A DNA stretch of 57,408 nucleotides from Octopus bimaculoides (GCF_001194135.2 NC_068998.1:34042117-34099524); one strand, 5' to 3'; shown: positions 1-11,529, counted from the stretch's first letter. Notes: generated from the sequence alone by a model not told the origin. Made by a program: numbers and translations.

Positions 1-66
1 ACACAGACAGACACACAGACAGACACACAAACAGACACACAGACAGACACACAGACACACATTCTC

Positions 67-100
<34 letters not shown>
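1..100. repeat. Compound microsatellite (ACAG/AC)n then (AT)n
   Basis: Direct inspection of the sequence. Confidence 0.95.
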
Positions 101-101
<1 letters not shown>

Positions 102-236
102 GTATAAATAATTTACGTATGAAAGAGGTGACCTCAAATTTTAGTGATGCACACATACAGACACACATTCTTAGTTTTATATATAAAGATATATAAGGTA
201 AAGATAATTATGGTTGGTGTATGGGGTTACCCCAGG

Positions 237-354
237 TTTCATGTCTACAGAGCGCTTAGCTTTACACCATCTTTTCAGACCCTAGTGGTTAGGGGCCACT
301 CGTCATTAGGGTCTGAAGAGATGCTGTAAAGCTAAGTGCTTTATGGATGTAAAA
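237..354 (+). ncRNA. Long hairpin, candidate pre-miRNA or fold-back element
   Basis: 251-287 pairs with 304-340 over 37 bp with one C-C mismatch and three G-U pairs; loop 288-303 is 16 nt. The stem extends imperfectly to 237/354. The hairpin is certain; its function is not. Confidence 0.4.
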
Positions 355-450
355 TACAGGATGTTGACCAACTATAATTATCCCTTTCTAATCATTCTAC
401 TGTTCTATATCTTAGAGTGTGCTTCCTTTTCAGATTTATGATTTACTGAC

Positions 451-815
451 TATAGGTTGTGTGGTAAGTAGCTTGCTTACCAACTACATGCTTCCAGGCT
501 TCTGGGTTCAGTCCCAGTGCTTGGCACCTCTATAGCCTCAGGCCAACCAAAGCCTTGTGAATGGATTTGGCTGATGGAAACTGAAAGAAGCCCACCATAT
601 ATATATGCATATGTTTTTGTCTGTATTTGTCTCCCCCAACATTGCTTGACAACTGATGCTGGCGTTTTTACATCCTCCGTAACTTATCAGTTTGGCAAAA
701 GAGACCGATAGAATAAGTACTACGTTTACAAAGAATAAGTCCTGGGGTCCATTTATTTGACTAAAGGTGGTGCTCCAGCATGGTCACAATCAAATGAGTG
801 AAACAAATAAAAGAT
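451..815 (+). mobile_element. tRNA-derived SINE, family A (octopus-type), near full length
   Basis: Head with A-box-like GTTGTGTGG and B-box-like GGTTCAGTCC, internal AT/GT microsatellite, 3' block GGCAAAAGAGACCGATAGAATAAGTAC...GAAACAAATAAAAGA. Homologous copies at 9100, 47215, 54814 and 56590. Confidence 0.9.
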
Positions 816-1249
816 ATATTTATATATATAATTATATAGAGATGATATTAAAATACCATCACAAGTGGTAAGAGAATTATCAGCCATACAGGCAAATTAA
901 TAGAATATATACATACAATATTAGATATGTACATATATGCACAAGGGTACTACATGAGTACTTATATCACTAAAAAATAGAAGTCGAAAAATACTTCTGT
1001 ACCACTGAATAGTCACAAATCTATTACAGACATGATAGGAAAAAATATTAGTGAACAATAATAATGTCTTACCTCTACTGGGTCAGAACAAGTAAATGCT
1101 GGTCAACCTGGTACCGGTTTTGAAATTTTGTGTCAAATAGGTGCCCGATTTCTCATCAGCCAAAGTCTGCCAGCTAAATTACTACTAACATTCTCCCCCC
1201 CCTCCATTCCTGCAAAAGTTCATTATATGTATATATGTATGTATAAAGA

Positions 1250-1284
1250 GAGAGAGATAAATAGACAGATAGATTGAATAGATT

Positions 1285-1339
<55 letters not shown>

Positions 1340-1350
1340 ATTGATAAATA
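1250..1350. repeat. (GA)n/(GATA)n microsatellite
   Basis: Direct inspection. Confidence 0.95.
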
Positions 1351-1499
1351 GATGCTCATTTACATGTATGTGTATGCATTTATGTATGTAAGTATGTATA
1401 GTAACGTTGATGTAGACTGTTGATTGCTTACTGAGAACTTTTATCCTTAATGTTTGCAAAATCAGAATAAATTTCTCTCACCCACTCCCTCTCTTCTTG

Positions 1500-1541
1500 T
1501 ACACATACATATATGAACACACACACAAACACATATCTTAT

Positions 1542-1614
<73 letters not shown>

Positions 1615-1680
1615 TGTATATATGTATATATACACACACATGCATAAATACATCCAGCCATACATACATGTACACACACA
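1500..1680. repeat. Compound (AC)n/(AT)n/(ATGT)n microsatellite
   Basis: Direct inspection; it explains the overlapping low-complexity ORFs in the track. Confidence 0.95.
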
Positions 1681-2384
1681 TGAAAAAGAAATTTCTCCAC
1701 TACTAAATCAACAATTTATTTAGATTTGATTTTCAATTAAAACTCTGGTATTTATTTTGCTAATACACTTGTGATATCTTCAAGAACATTCTTTCTTCAA
1801 AATATACTCTTAATCTTATAAATGTCCTTTATCACAGAAATACAGAGGGTATAAATTAATTTCAAAGAACTTATCAACACTGCAACTACATTTTTCTAAC
1901 ATTTCTTGTCATTTGATTTCATTACAGAAGTTACAATTGAGACAGAGATGTCTGATAGAATAAATTATTGGGTAACCAGCCATGAGTTTACCATTTCTTG
2001 TCATGTTATTGGTGGTCTGAAGACTCCTACTTTTCAGTTAGTTCATAATGCTGAGATAAGTTCTTGCTGTAGATTTAGACCACTAAAAAATGTGTCAATT
2101 AGTTGCAAGCCAATGAGTATTTATGTGGTTATTGCTAGAAATTACAATGAAACTCTTGCTGAATTATACAATTCTATCTGATAAAAGAAAATGCATTGGT
2201 TAAAGTGGTCTGTGGTGCTCCGTTCCTATGAAAAAGTGCCTGATTGAAACTGATTTAAACAACATCAAGCATTAATCATACAAACTTACTTTTAGTTAAT
2301 ATCCCAATGATTACAGGATAAACTAAAATAAAACAAAAAAAAAATCACACACACGCACACCCAAAAGATTCTGTATTGATTTCC

Positions 2385-2570
2385 TTTCTACTATAGACAT
2401 AAGGCCTGGAATTTTGGGGAGAGGAGTGGAATAGTACGTAGATTACATCAAAACCAGCATGCAGCTGGTACAACCCTGAAAGAATAAAAAAGAAAGTCTA
2501 CCTTGGTAGAATTTGAACATAAAGACAGACAAAATGTCACTAAGTATTTTACCCATTGTGCCAACTTGCC
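2385..2570 (-). mobile_element. SINE family C, degraded copy
   Basis: Reverse complement carries GTTCAAATTCTACCAAGGTAGACTTT...TTCAGGGTTG, matching the family C core seen at 15100, 18085, 20100-20760, 38268 and 47619. Confidence 0.6.
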
Positions 2571-2924
2571 ATTTTAAAGAATATGTATATATTTCAACAG
2601 TGTGAACTTACCACATGTGATGATTATTTACAATTAGGAAAATTTGGCCATTGAGTGTTAAGTACCTTGGGCAATGAACACAATGTAATATTGTTGAGGG
2701 GCATATGAAACAGTAATCATTCAGTTAAAAGTTCAGAAGCAACAAACAGAAAAAGAACAATTAGCATGTATTTCATTTTTTTTTTAAGTATTGCACTGAT
2801 TGGTTACTATTTATGTCCTTTATATTGAAAATTAATAAATGGATAAATAAAAGTATTTTCTGTCTCATGCACAATAGTGCACATTTTGAAAGAGACAACT
2901 GCTAATTATAGCAATCCATGTCTT

Positions 2925-3070
2925 AGCTATTACTTTATTTTAACAGCCATAGGAGATTGAATGGCAAAGTTAATTAAGGTTTGATTTCAATTCAGGACAT
3001 GCAGAAATGTAATGAATTGCTGCAAGGCATTTTGTCTGTCACTCATATAGATTTTGCCAAACCACCACCC
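2925..3070 (-). mobile_element. SINE family C, 5' part, degraded
   Basis: Minus strand GGTTTGGCAAAATC...ACAAAATGCCTTGCAGCAATT...CTTTGCCATTCAATC resembles the family C head and core. Confidence 0.5.
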
Positions 3071-5095
3071 TAAAATAAATCAAATATATATGATAAATAA
3101 GTTTTTTTTCAGTATTTTCGTGATTTCATTTAATTTCTTTAAAATAATTCTATCACTCCTCAAGATGGTGTAATATATAGATCCACACTGGATAATTAAC
3201 TAAATTAGTATTACCACCAGGCATTACTCACCGATGGGCTAGCTATTGTTAACAATCTGCTTCCAACAATCTGGTTTCATTTGATGGCACACACACTGTC
3301 TAAAAAGAGGGGGAAAATACACTTACACATACACACACACACACTAGAAAATTTACAAAACACGAAAGATATTAGTACATTCTAAAGTGACAATAATGCA
3401 AATTGAATTCTGTCTCATTTTCAGAAGTTTACTAAAGAAATTAAATTTCAAATACAGACTGAAGATGTATTTTGAAAAGATAACGTTGCCAAAATTCTGA
3501 ATTAAACCAAATCAAGTTTTAAAAAAAGCTTTCACATTTTTTTGAAGTAATGGTATAGTTATTCTTTATCATCTCTTTAACTCATAGTGAAAGTATTTTT
3601 AATATAATGCTTTAGTTTTGAGTGAGAGCTCAATAAATACTTATGAAGGATTTATCAAAATGCATATATGAAATGCAAAAATAAGTACCACTAAGTTATG
3701 TAAGGCAGAATTCTAGTGAAGGTGGATTGATGTAGAAATAAAAGCCATAGGTAGTTAAGGTGCTAAATGATAGAATATTATTTCATGGTCCATATTCCTT
3801 CATCAGCTTTGTACTCACTCTATCCAAATTCCTAAAGAAATTCCTCTCATTCTTCTCCCAACACACTAACATAGATGTTTTCCAATGCAAAACTACAAAT
3901 AGATGTCTGATATTTTGTAATTATATTTTCAGGATGAAGGCAAGATTAGGTGAATGGATATCATCAGATAAGCTTCTAATTAATAAGTCAGTACTCTGTA
4001 TGCCTAACATGATAAATTGGCACAGTCCTTAGCTTCAAATCCTGCTAAGGTCAACCCCACCTTCCATTCATGCATGGGCAATAACTATATTACTACCCAA
4101 AGTTATGGATTGTCAGAATTATGAGGATGTCAAGCCAGGTGTGTCTTATGGCTCTATGCTCTCTGATTTCAACATCCTACCTAAACCTCCATTGTAGTGA
4201 AGGAGACTCTTATAGATAGATTAATAAAGCAGGAAAATGAATAAATAAATATAATAAAAATACCAGACTCAAAAAAGTTTATATCTTTATTGAGTAGGGA
4301 TGGTCTAATGACACAATAGTACCTAATAGATAACTATGAGGTTGATGATATCAACAGATTTTATTGTAGCCATGCTGAAACAATAAAATCTCAAATGGCT
4401 TTACAATGAAAATAAGTAGAACAAAGTAAAACCAGGTTATTTCTGTAAGCAAAAGCTGCACTATAAATTCAACATTCTGCCTCAATAAACATGTGACTAT
4501 AGCTTAGAAAGGCAGAGACACTACCAAGCTGACTGACTGCCACTCACTATACTATAAAAGGACATTTGAGTTTTAGAAATAATACAAAAGAGTAAATAAA
4601 TAAAATAAAACTTATTGATTGCAAAGAGGGACAGAAGATTTTGTGATAGTTTACCATGTTAATAGAACAGCTTTTATAATATGTTTAGAATGGCTACAGA
4701 ATTCATAGAAAAATAATTTTCAATTACTATATTAATTTGAGAGCCAACCATAAAATACATGAATGATTTCTGCTTCTCCAGCTCCATATAATATTGCAAC
4801 ATTCACTATCTTTGATATGCATTGATCTCCAGTCTATTGATTTCCAAGTGCTACTGCCTAGCTATACGTATTTTAAACAGATGGACCATGTTGCAATTGT
4901 TTTTTACATTTTTTCATATTAAATCAAATTTTTTTTTATTCAGTTTTGGGAACAAACGTAACACCTAATACCATTTCAAAACTGATAACTCAGATACAAA
5001 CTATGCAAGAAAACCATACAACACAAAAGTTATTTGGTAATGTGTATGTATATATATACATAAATATACGTATATATATATATATATATATATAT

Positions 5096-5396
5096 NNNNN
5101 NNNNNNNNNNNNNNNNNNNNNNNNNNNNNNNNNNNNNNNNNNNNNNNNNNNNNNNNNNNNNNNNNNNNNNNNNNNNNNNNNNNNNNNNNNNNNNNNNNNN
5201 NNNNNNNNNNNNNNNNNNNNNNNNNNNNNNNNNNNNNNNNNNNNNNNNNNNNNNNNNNNNNNNNNNNNNNNNNNNNNNNNNNNNNNNNNNNNNNNNNNNN
5301 NNNNNNNNNNNNNNNNNNNNNNNNNNNNNNNNNNNNNNNNNNNNNNNNNNNNNNNNNNNNNNNNNNNNNNNNNNNNNNNNNNNNNNNNNNNNNNNN
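5096..5396. other. Assembly gap (301 N)
   Basis: N-run flanked by (AT)n. Confidence 1.
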
Positions 5397-5399
5397 AAT

Positions 5400-5720
5400 A
5401 ACATAAATAGTATATAATTATATGTATATATCCAAACATATATGTACATACCGACATCTATATGTATACATACAAGCATATATGGGTACAGGACATCACA
5501 AAAAATGTTAAACACAATGAGATACAAAAACATAAAGACGAAGACAGAAAATGAACTTTTTTTCGAACAACGAAAAAACAGAGAAATGAGACATGCAACA
5601 TAAAGAATATTTCCCTTCTTCAGTTGTCCCTGCTCCATCTACTCCGCGTTTTGAAGGCAAGGACAATATGCGACTTCATTGGAGCAGTCCTTCTTGCAAG
5701 CAAATTAACTAAATTTAGAA
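5400..5720 (+). repeat. Dispersed repeat family E (unclassified), subfamily copy
   Basis: GTACATACCGACATCTATATGTATACAT...GGGTACAGGACATCAC is shared with 6350-6575 and, inverted, with 30405-30680. Confidence 0.7.
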
Positions 5721-5749
5721 ATTTTTGTGGAGGGTGAAAGTGTAAACAA

Positions 5750-5808
5750 GAACAGGACAGTGAGAACAAGACAGAACAGTGAGAACAAGACAGAACAGTG
5801 AGAACAAA
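5750..5808. repeat. 19-bp minisatellite (ACAGTGAGAACAAGACAGA) x about 3
   Basis: CAGTGAG recurs at 5758, 5777 and 5796 (period 19). Confidence 0.95.
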
Positions 5809-6189
5809 CGGTAAGAGCTGTTAGGCCAAGACGATAGAAAAATTATTTTGAAGGCTAGTTTGAGAGTGAAAAAATTTGTGTCTTCTCTATAGGCAGGCAG
5901 ACACAAACATACACTTATGTGCTTGTGTGTATGTGTGAGTGTGTGTGTGTAATGTCATAAATGACAGAGAAACAGTGTGATGAAATTTTTTATTTTGCTG
6001 TAAGAAATTCTAATAGCATGACAGATTGTTTCATAACTTAAAAACATGTAAATAACTTACATTATTAAATTTAATAAGTAAATTACTTACATGCCTGCAT
6101 TAATGCAACGTGAAAAATAATAATGCAATATTTAAGCTTTTTTTATGAGTACTACCAGATTACTTAAATCCATATGTTGTGACTTGAAT

Positions 6190-6196
6190 ATATATT

Positions 6197-6232
<36 letters not shown>

Positions 6233-6238
6233 TACATA

Positions 6239-6330
<92 letters not shown>

Positions 6331-6345
6331 AATTTATGTGTATAT
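6190..6345. repeat. (AT)n microsatellite
   Basis: Direct inspection. Confidence 0.95.
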
Positions 6346-6349
6346 ATAT

Positions 6350-6575
6350 GTATGTATATATAATAATACAAATGGTATGTGCGTGTATGCATATATATAC
6401 ATACATATATGTACATACCTACATCTACATGTATATATAGATGCATATCCGGGTACAGAACATCAAAAAAACATGGACAAAATAGGAACGAGAACATAAA
6501 CAAGGCACAAAAATAAACGAACATTTTTTACGGACAACAGAATGAACACATAGGAAAACAGACAAGCCACATATG
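6350..6575 (+). repeat. Dispersed repeat family E copy
   Basis: Near-identical to the reverse complement of about 30450-30680 (CATACCTACATCTACATG...GGACAACAGAATGAACAC...GACAAGCCACATATGGAACTTT). Confidence 0.85.
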
Positions 6576-6949
6576 GAACTTTATGCATGCATACACACAT
6601 ATTTGTGCAGAAATATATAGAAAAGAACAATAAGACACAATAATTAAAACAAGATTTAATTTAAAGGAATATGAAAGATTTTGTGGCCTGCTTGGATTGG
6701 GTCGTCTATGACACTCCTTAACCATTTCTCAAACGGTATTCCAGTGTAACCAAATACATATTTTGAGACACATGGAGTTGAAAACGTCAACATTTTCAGA
6801 ATATACTTTTTTAAAAGTTCATTGTTAGTTCTTAATTTAAAATTCACTAATAACGTTACTGTTTATATTCTGTATGTAGCTATTTCCGCATCGTAACTTC
6901 TTCACAGAGTTGAATGCAGCAAAGATTGCTTTGGTTGATTTTCAAAGAA

Positions 6950-7900
6950 TGCTGAATCTTAGTTCATCTCTGTTTTCTGCATTTTCTGCCTTATTTTTAT
7001 GAGGAGGGATTTTATAGTCATTTGGAAGTAATTGTTCTTCCTCTGTTTTTATTGCTCCATATTCAGTTTTCTTTATTAGAGATTTTTCTCCTTTGTTCTT
7101 TTCATATTTTAATCTGCTTTTGTTTCTTCCTCATTACATAAAGAAAATATGGTTCTGCAGTTTGGTAGCATTAGAAGGAAAGGTATTTGCTCATCTATTT
7201 GTGATACTTCACATGAAGATATTTCCTTTGCTATCTGCAGGTGGTGTTCTGGAAACAGGTTTAGAGTTCTATTTATTGTTGCTGTTGATTTGCATTATTT
7301 TCATTTTCCTTGTTTCTGCTTAATTTTTCCAGTTCTTCAAGGCATCCATGAATAAAGTGACAAATGATGTTTTTATACCCTATAACATCAAACTTGTGCT
7401 TTTGTCTTGGTGCCTTCTCCTTGGAATAGTTACAGTATGGATTTGTAGCTTTCGAGTGTCATTAGGACTTGCAAATCCATTTTGATACTTTCTGGCCACA
7501 GTTCATCTTTCATTAAACCTGCTTAAATTAATTCTCCATATCACAACATAAAAGTCCCTGTGAGCCATAGGTCGATGTTGTCTTCAATGTATTTTATTGT
7601 GACTCTTGTGTGTCTTTCACCCATGTCAAACATAAATGTATAATTTGAGGTGTACCCAGTGTTGAACTTCTGTTTTCAATTTTGAAAGTAAAGCAAATAG
7701 ACCTAAAACTTTTGCTTTTATTAGTTGCAATGATTTCTCCCTTAATGTCTTGGACAGTTTGTTGTACTACTTGGCATGAAGGGAAATTAATCTGCCATCT
7801 TCCATCTTTGCAATTTCCTGGATTATCTCCAGCAGTAAAGAAATGCAGTTGGGTTATACAAAATTCTACCATCTACATTTCATTTTCTTGTAACTGAGGT
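6950..7900 (-). pseudogene. Degenerate coding remnant, possibly LINE ORF1/gag-like
   Basis: Minus-strand frames with scattered stops give KDGRWQINFPSCQVVQQTVQDIKGEII, RVTIKYIEDNIDLWLTGTFML*YGELI*AGLMKDELWPESIKMDLQVLMTLESYKSI and a possible broken Cys/His knuckle. The family assignment is inference. Confidence 0.3.
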
Positions 7901-8404
7901 AGGTTAAAAACTTTGTTCACATAGAATGGAACTGAAACAAGGTTTGTCTTCTCAAAGCTAGTATATGAATGAGCAATATTATCTGGAATTGCGTAAGAGT
8001 TGCTGGTGTTTTGGTGTTGTTGCAGTCTTTGAAATTTCTTTTATGAATACTTAAAGCATTTTCTTCTTTTAATTGTTCTTTTCTTCTCTTCCTTTGAACT
8101 TAGCTCTGTGTTTTGATTTTGTTTGTATTTTAGCCACTGTAGTGTTTTGCTGTGCATCATAAATGTGTGTAGTCGCTGTTTTGGATGTAAAAAGGTAATA
8201 TGCATAAATAGAATTCTAAAAGTTTTCAAAATAAACCTTTTTTTTTTTTCTGTTGTCAAACTGCTGAGTATCAAAAGACGTGACTTCTTGTGGAATTATA
8301 GAGCTTTTAGAAGTTCTCTTCAGAAAATTTCATTTGGTAATACTTAAATAAAATGCATTTTGAAGGGAGAATGAAAAAAAAGGAAGTCTTAACACTGAAG
8401 GAGT

Positions 8405-8555
8405 TATTATGATGAAGATTATGATAATGATGATAATAATGACGATGGTAATGATGATGATGATAGTGATGACGATGACAATGACAATGACGATGATGAT
8501 GATAATGATGATGATGATGATGATGGTGACAATGGTGTGGTAGTGATGGCAGTGA
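8405..8555. repeat. Degenerate (GAT)n microsatellite
   Basis: Direct inspection. Confidence 0.9.
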
Positions 8556-9018
8556 AAGTTTTGTCACAGTTATTGTTTACAGAGTCTGGTTTATCTGTGA
8601 GGCTAGGCCTATAAAAGTTATTTGAACAAGGATGTACTCTATGTAGGAATAAATATGCTACATACTGTATCATATTAAAATATAGAAAGCATTTTCGCAA
8701 TACAGGTTTTGTTATTTAACCCTTGGTCAGTGCTTTCCAAACAGATTTATAATTCAAAATAAGCATTCTACTAGTGATCATTTCATTTTTCTTGGACTGC
8801 CCTTTCTTAGTAGGGTTTACAGTATTTTGCATTGGCATTGAAAAGGCTTTGTTCCCATGATGTTTCCATGATGGATAATATTTCCCATATTATTTCCCAC
8901 TATTTCCCATATTATTGAGAGGAAGCTGGAATTTATGGATGAATATTTTACTAGCTTGTTTCTAAATGTTACAATTACAATGAATCTGCTTCTGAAGAGA
9001 GCCAACAGAAAATGTAAC

Positions 9019-9074
9019 AATATGCTAACTTACTTACCAAGGTAATAATATGCTAACTTACTTACCAAGGTAAT
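9019..9074. repeat. Perfect 28-bp tandem duplication
   Basis: AATATGCTAACTTACTTACCAAGGTAAT at 9019-9046 and 9047-9074. Confidence 0.95.
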
Positions 9075-9099
9075 GATATCATTTTCAAATATGAATAGG

Positions 9100-9495
9100 T
9101 GCAGGCATGGCTGTGCAGTAAGAAATTTGCTTTCCATGTGGTTCCAGGTTCTGTCCTACTGCATGGCACCTTGAGCAAGTGTCTTCTACTATAACCCTGG
9201 GCTGACCAAAACCTTGTGAGTGTATTTCGCAGACAGAAACTGAAAGAAGCCCATTATATATATATATGTGTGTGTGTGTGTTTGTGTCTGTGGTTGTTCA
9301 CCACTGCTGCTTTAGAACTAGTGTTGGTGTGTTTACATCTCTTTAACTAAACAATTTGGCAAAAGAGATTGATAGAATAAGTACCAGGCTTAAAAAGAAG
9401 TACTAAAATACTAAAATGTGACTAAAACACTTCAAGGCAGTACCCCAGCATGGCCACAGTCTAATGACTGAAACAAGTAAAAGATAAAAGAAAAG
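9100..9495 (+). mobile_element. tRNA-derived SINE family A, full length
   Basis: GCAGGCATGGCTGTGCAG head, GGTTCTGTCC B-box-like motif, internal (AT)/(GT)n, 3' CAGCATGGCCACAGTCTAATGACTGAAACAAGTAAAAGATAAAAG. Confidence 0.9.
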
Positions 9496-9674
9496 TGGTT
9501 CTTATGCCATGATGGAGATGTTGATTCTAACATTTAAAGTAAGGCTGCTCTACAAAGAAATAGGACATTTCTCATTTTCTCCAAAGATAGGAACTGCTTG
9601 AAATGTTAGAATTCATATTTCTGTTCTGGCACACAAACTAATTTATAATGAGCCAATAAGGGTACCTTTTTGAG

Positions 9675-9840
9675 GGCAACCAGATCACCCTCAAACTATT
9701 TAGAAAAAAACAAACACATTGGATAAATATATTATGTATGAAAAAGACTTGATGGTCATGGTTGAAATGCCCTTGATAAAAAGCTTGCTTGATCAGCACT
9801 CGTGTGGGTTATACAAGAGCAAAACTAATAACAGCAGCAA
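9675..9840 (+). repeat. Dispersed repeat family F (CAA-type tail), degraded
   Basis: GATGGTCATGGTTGAAATGCCCTTGAT...GCTTGATCAG shares motifs with 27810-27985 and 39860-40065. Confidence 0.4.
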
Positions 9841-10370
9841 TCATTTCATAACTGCCATAGACCTTCTCTAGTTCTCTCAGTCTCAAATATTATCTATACT
9901 AACATTCTCTTGAACATATCTAAATGATATAAACTGCAGAATATAACAAATTATTCATCAGAAAAATGCTGTAAAAGGAATAATGATTATGAAACATTAC
10001 TATTATAAAAACTGCTTAAAGAATTTATTAATATATTTGGCAGCCATTAAATAGCTGTCACTTGTTGCTGCTAATTCTTTAAAGTGTCTGGAATTCTTTC
10101 AACAAATGTCACGTAACAATTGTGATATATTCTACTCAATATTATAGTTCTCTTTAAGGGCATCTTATCATGAATAGTAAGTGTGCAATTTCAAATCTAC
10201 CTCTTCCTGTCTAGTTCTGTTCATTCTGTGCCAAATGTGAATGCTTCTGTCCATTTCAGTATCTACTGAAGAATAAAGCTAATAAGATGAACCGATTTTC
10301 TTACACTCTGTCGCCACAATAATGAATGGAACCAAATGACTACATTACCAGCAACATCTATTCGCACACA

Positions 10371-10379
<9 letters not shown>

Positions 10380-10412
<33 letters not shown>

Positions 10413-10445
10413 AACACACACACACACACATACATACATACACAC
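10380..10445. repeat. (AC)n microsatellite
   Basis: Direct inspection. Confidence 0.95.
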
Positions 10446-10665
10446 AAGACAACTTTAAACTTCTCCCTTATTGCCATGCAAAATCATTCTCATTTCCATA
10501 ATAAAACAAATAACCATTCCTTTTTCAAAGTAGCTGTGGGAAATGTTTGACTATAATTATTGTACTATTCATACACACATACATGCATGCATACTTACAT
10601 ACATACTTACACACAAACACACACACTTATACATACACACATACATGCACATACATGCATACATA

Positions 10666-10714
10666 NNNNNNNNNNNNNNNNNNNNNNNNNNNNNNNNNNN
10701 NNNNNNNNNNNNNN
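10666..10714. other. Assembly gap (49 N)
   Basis: N-run. Confidence 1.
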
Positions 10715-10914
10715 TTAATTAATAAATCAATTAATAATTAATAATTTTTACCAAGCCCATCGGTATGAAAGCACCATTATTGGTGGAGAACTTATTCAAA
10801 AGTTCATATATTTATAAATATATGAACTTTTGAATAAGTTCTCCACCAATAATGGTGCTTTCATACCGATGGGCTTGGTAAAAATTATTAATTATTAATT
10901 GATTTATTAATTAA
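10715..10914. repeat. Perfect 200-bp spacerless palindrome abutting a gap
   Basis: Centre between 10814 and 10815 (TTTA|TAAA). Positions sum to 21629 and pair from the centre out to the gap edge; each arm is exactly 100 bp. Confidence 0.9.
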
Positions 10915-10968
10915 TAAATTGATAATCCTTTACCCTTTTAATTTGTAATATATATATAGATAGATGTT

Positions 10969-11353
10969 GGAAGTGCAATGGCCCAGTGGTTAGGGCAGTG
11001 GACTTGTGATCGTGGGATAACTGTTTCGATTTCCAGACCGGGCATTGTGAAGTATTTACTGAGCGAAAACACCTAAAGTTCCACGAGGCTCTGGCAAGGG
11101 GTGGTGGCAAACCCTGCTTTACTCTTTCACCACAACTTTCTCTCACTCTTTCTTCCTGTTTCTGTTGTGCCTGTATTTCAAAGAGCCAGCCTTGTCACAC
11201 CCTGTGTCACGCTGAATTACCCCGAAACTATGTTAAGAGTACATGTGTCTGTGGAGTGCTCAGCCACTTACACGTTAATTTTACAAGCAGGCTGTTCCAC
11301 TGATCGGATAAACTGGAACCCTTGTCGTCATAACCGACAGAGTGCCACAACAA
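10969..11353 (+). mobile_element. tRNA-derived SINE family B (octopus-type), full length
   Basis: A box TGGCCCAGTGG (10979-10989), B-box-like GTTTCGATTTCC (11023-11034), about 385 bp ending in GAGTGCCACAACAA. Recognised from memory; single copy in the window. Confidence 0.8.
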
Positions 11354-11379
11354 TATATAAATAGATGAGTAAATAAATG

Positions 11380-11457
11380 CATATGTATATGCATATACAT
11401 AAACATATATGCATATGTATATATATGTACATGTATGTGTATACACATGTATATATG

Positions 11458-11529
<72 letters not shown>

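Noticed and set aside
1156-1173. Kinase-like LADFG on the minus strand right after an AG
   Set aside because: It is followed immediately by TGA, and no other kinase subdomains are nearby.
5750-5808. CRISPR-like short direct repeats (also the 66-bp units at 21834 and 34810)
   Set aside because: The units are contiguous with no unique spacers, there are no cas genes, and the context is eukaryotic.
451-11353. tRNA genes at the SINE heads (451, 9100, 10969)
   Set aside because: A/B-box-like motifs are present, but there is no complete cloverleaf and each continues into a SINE body.
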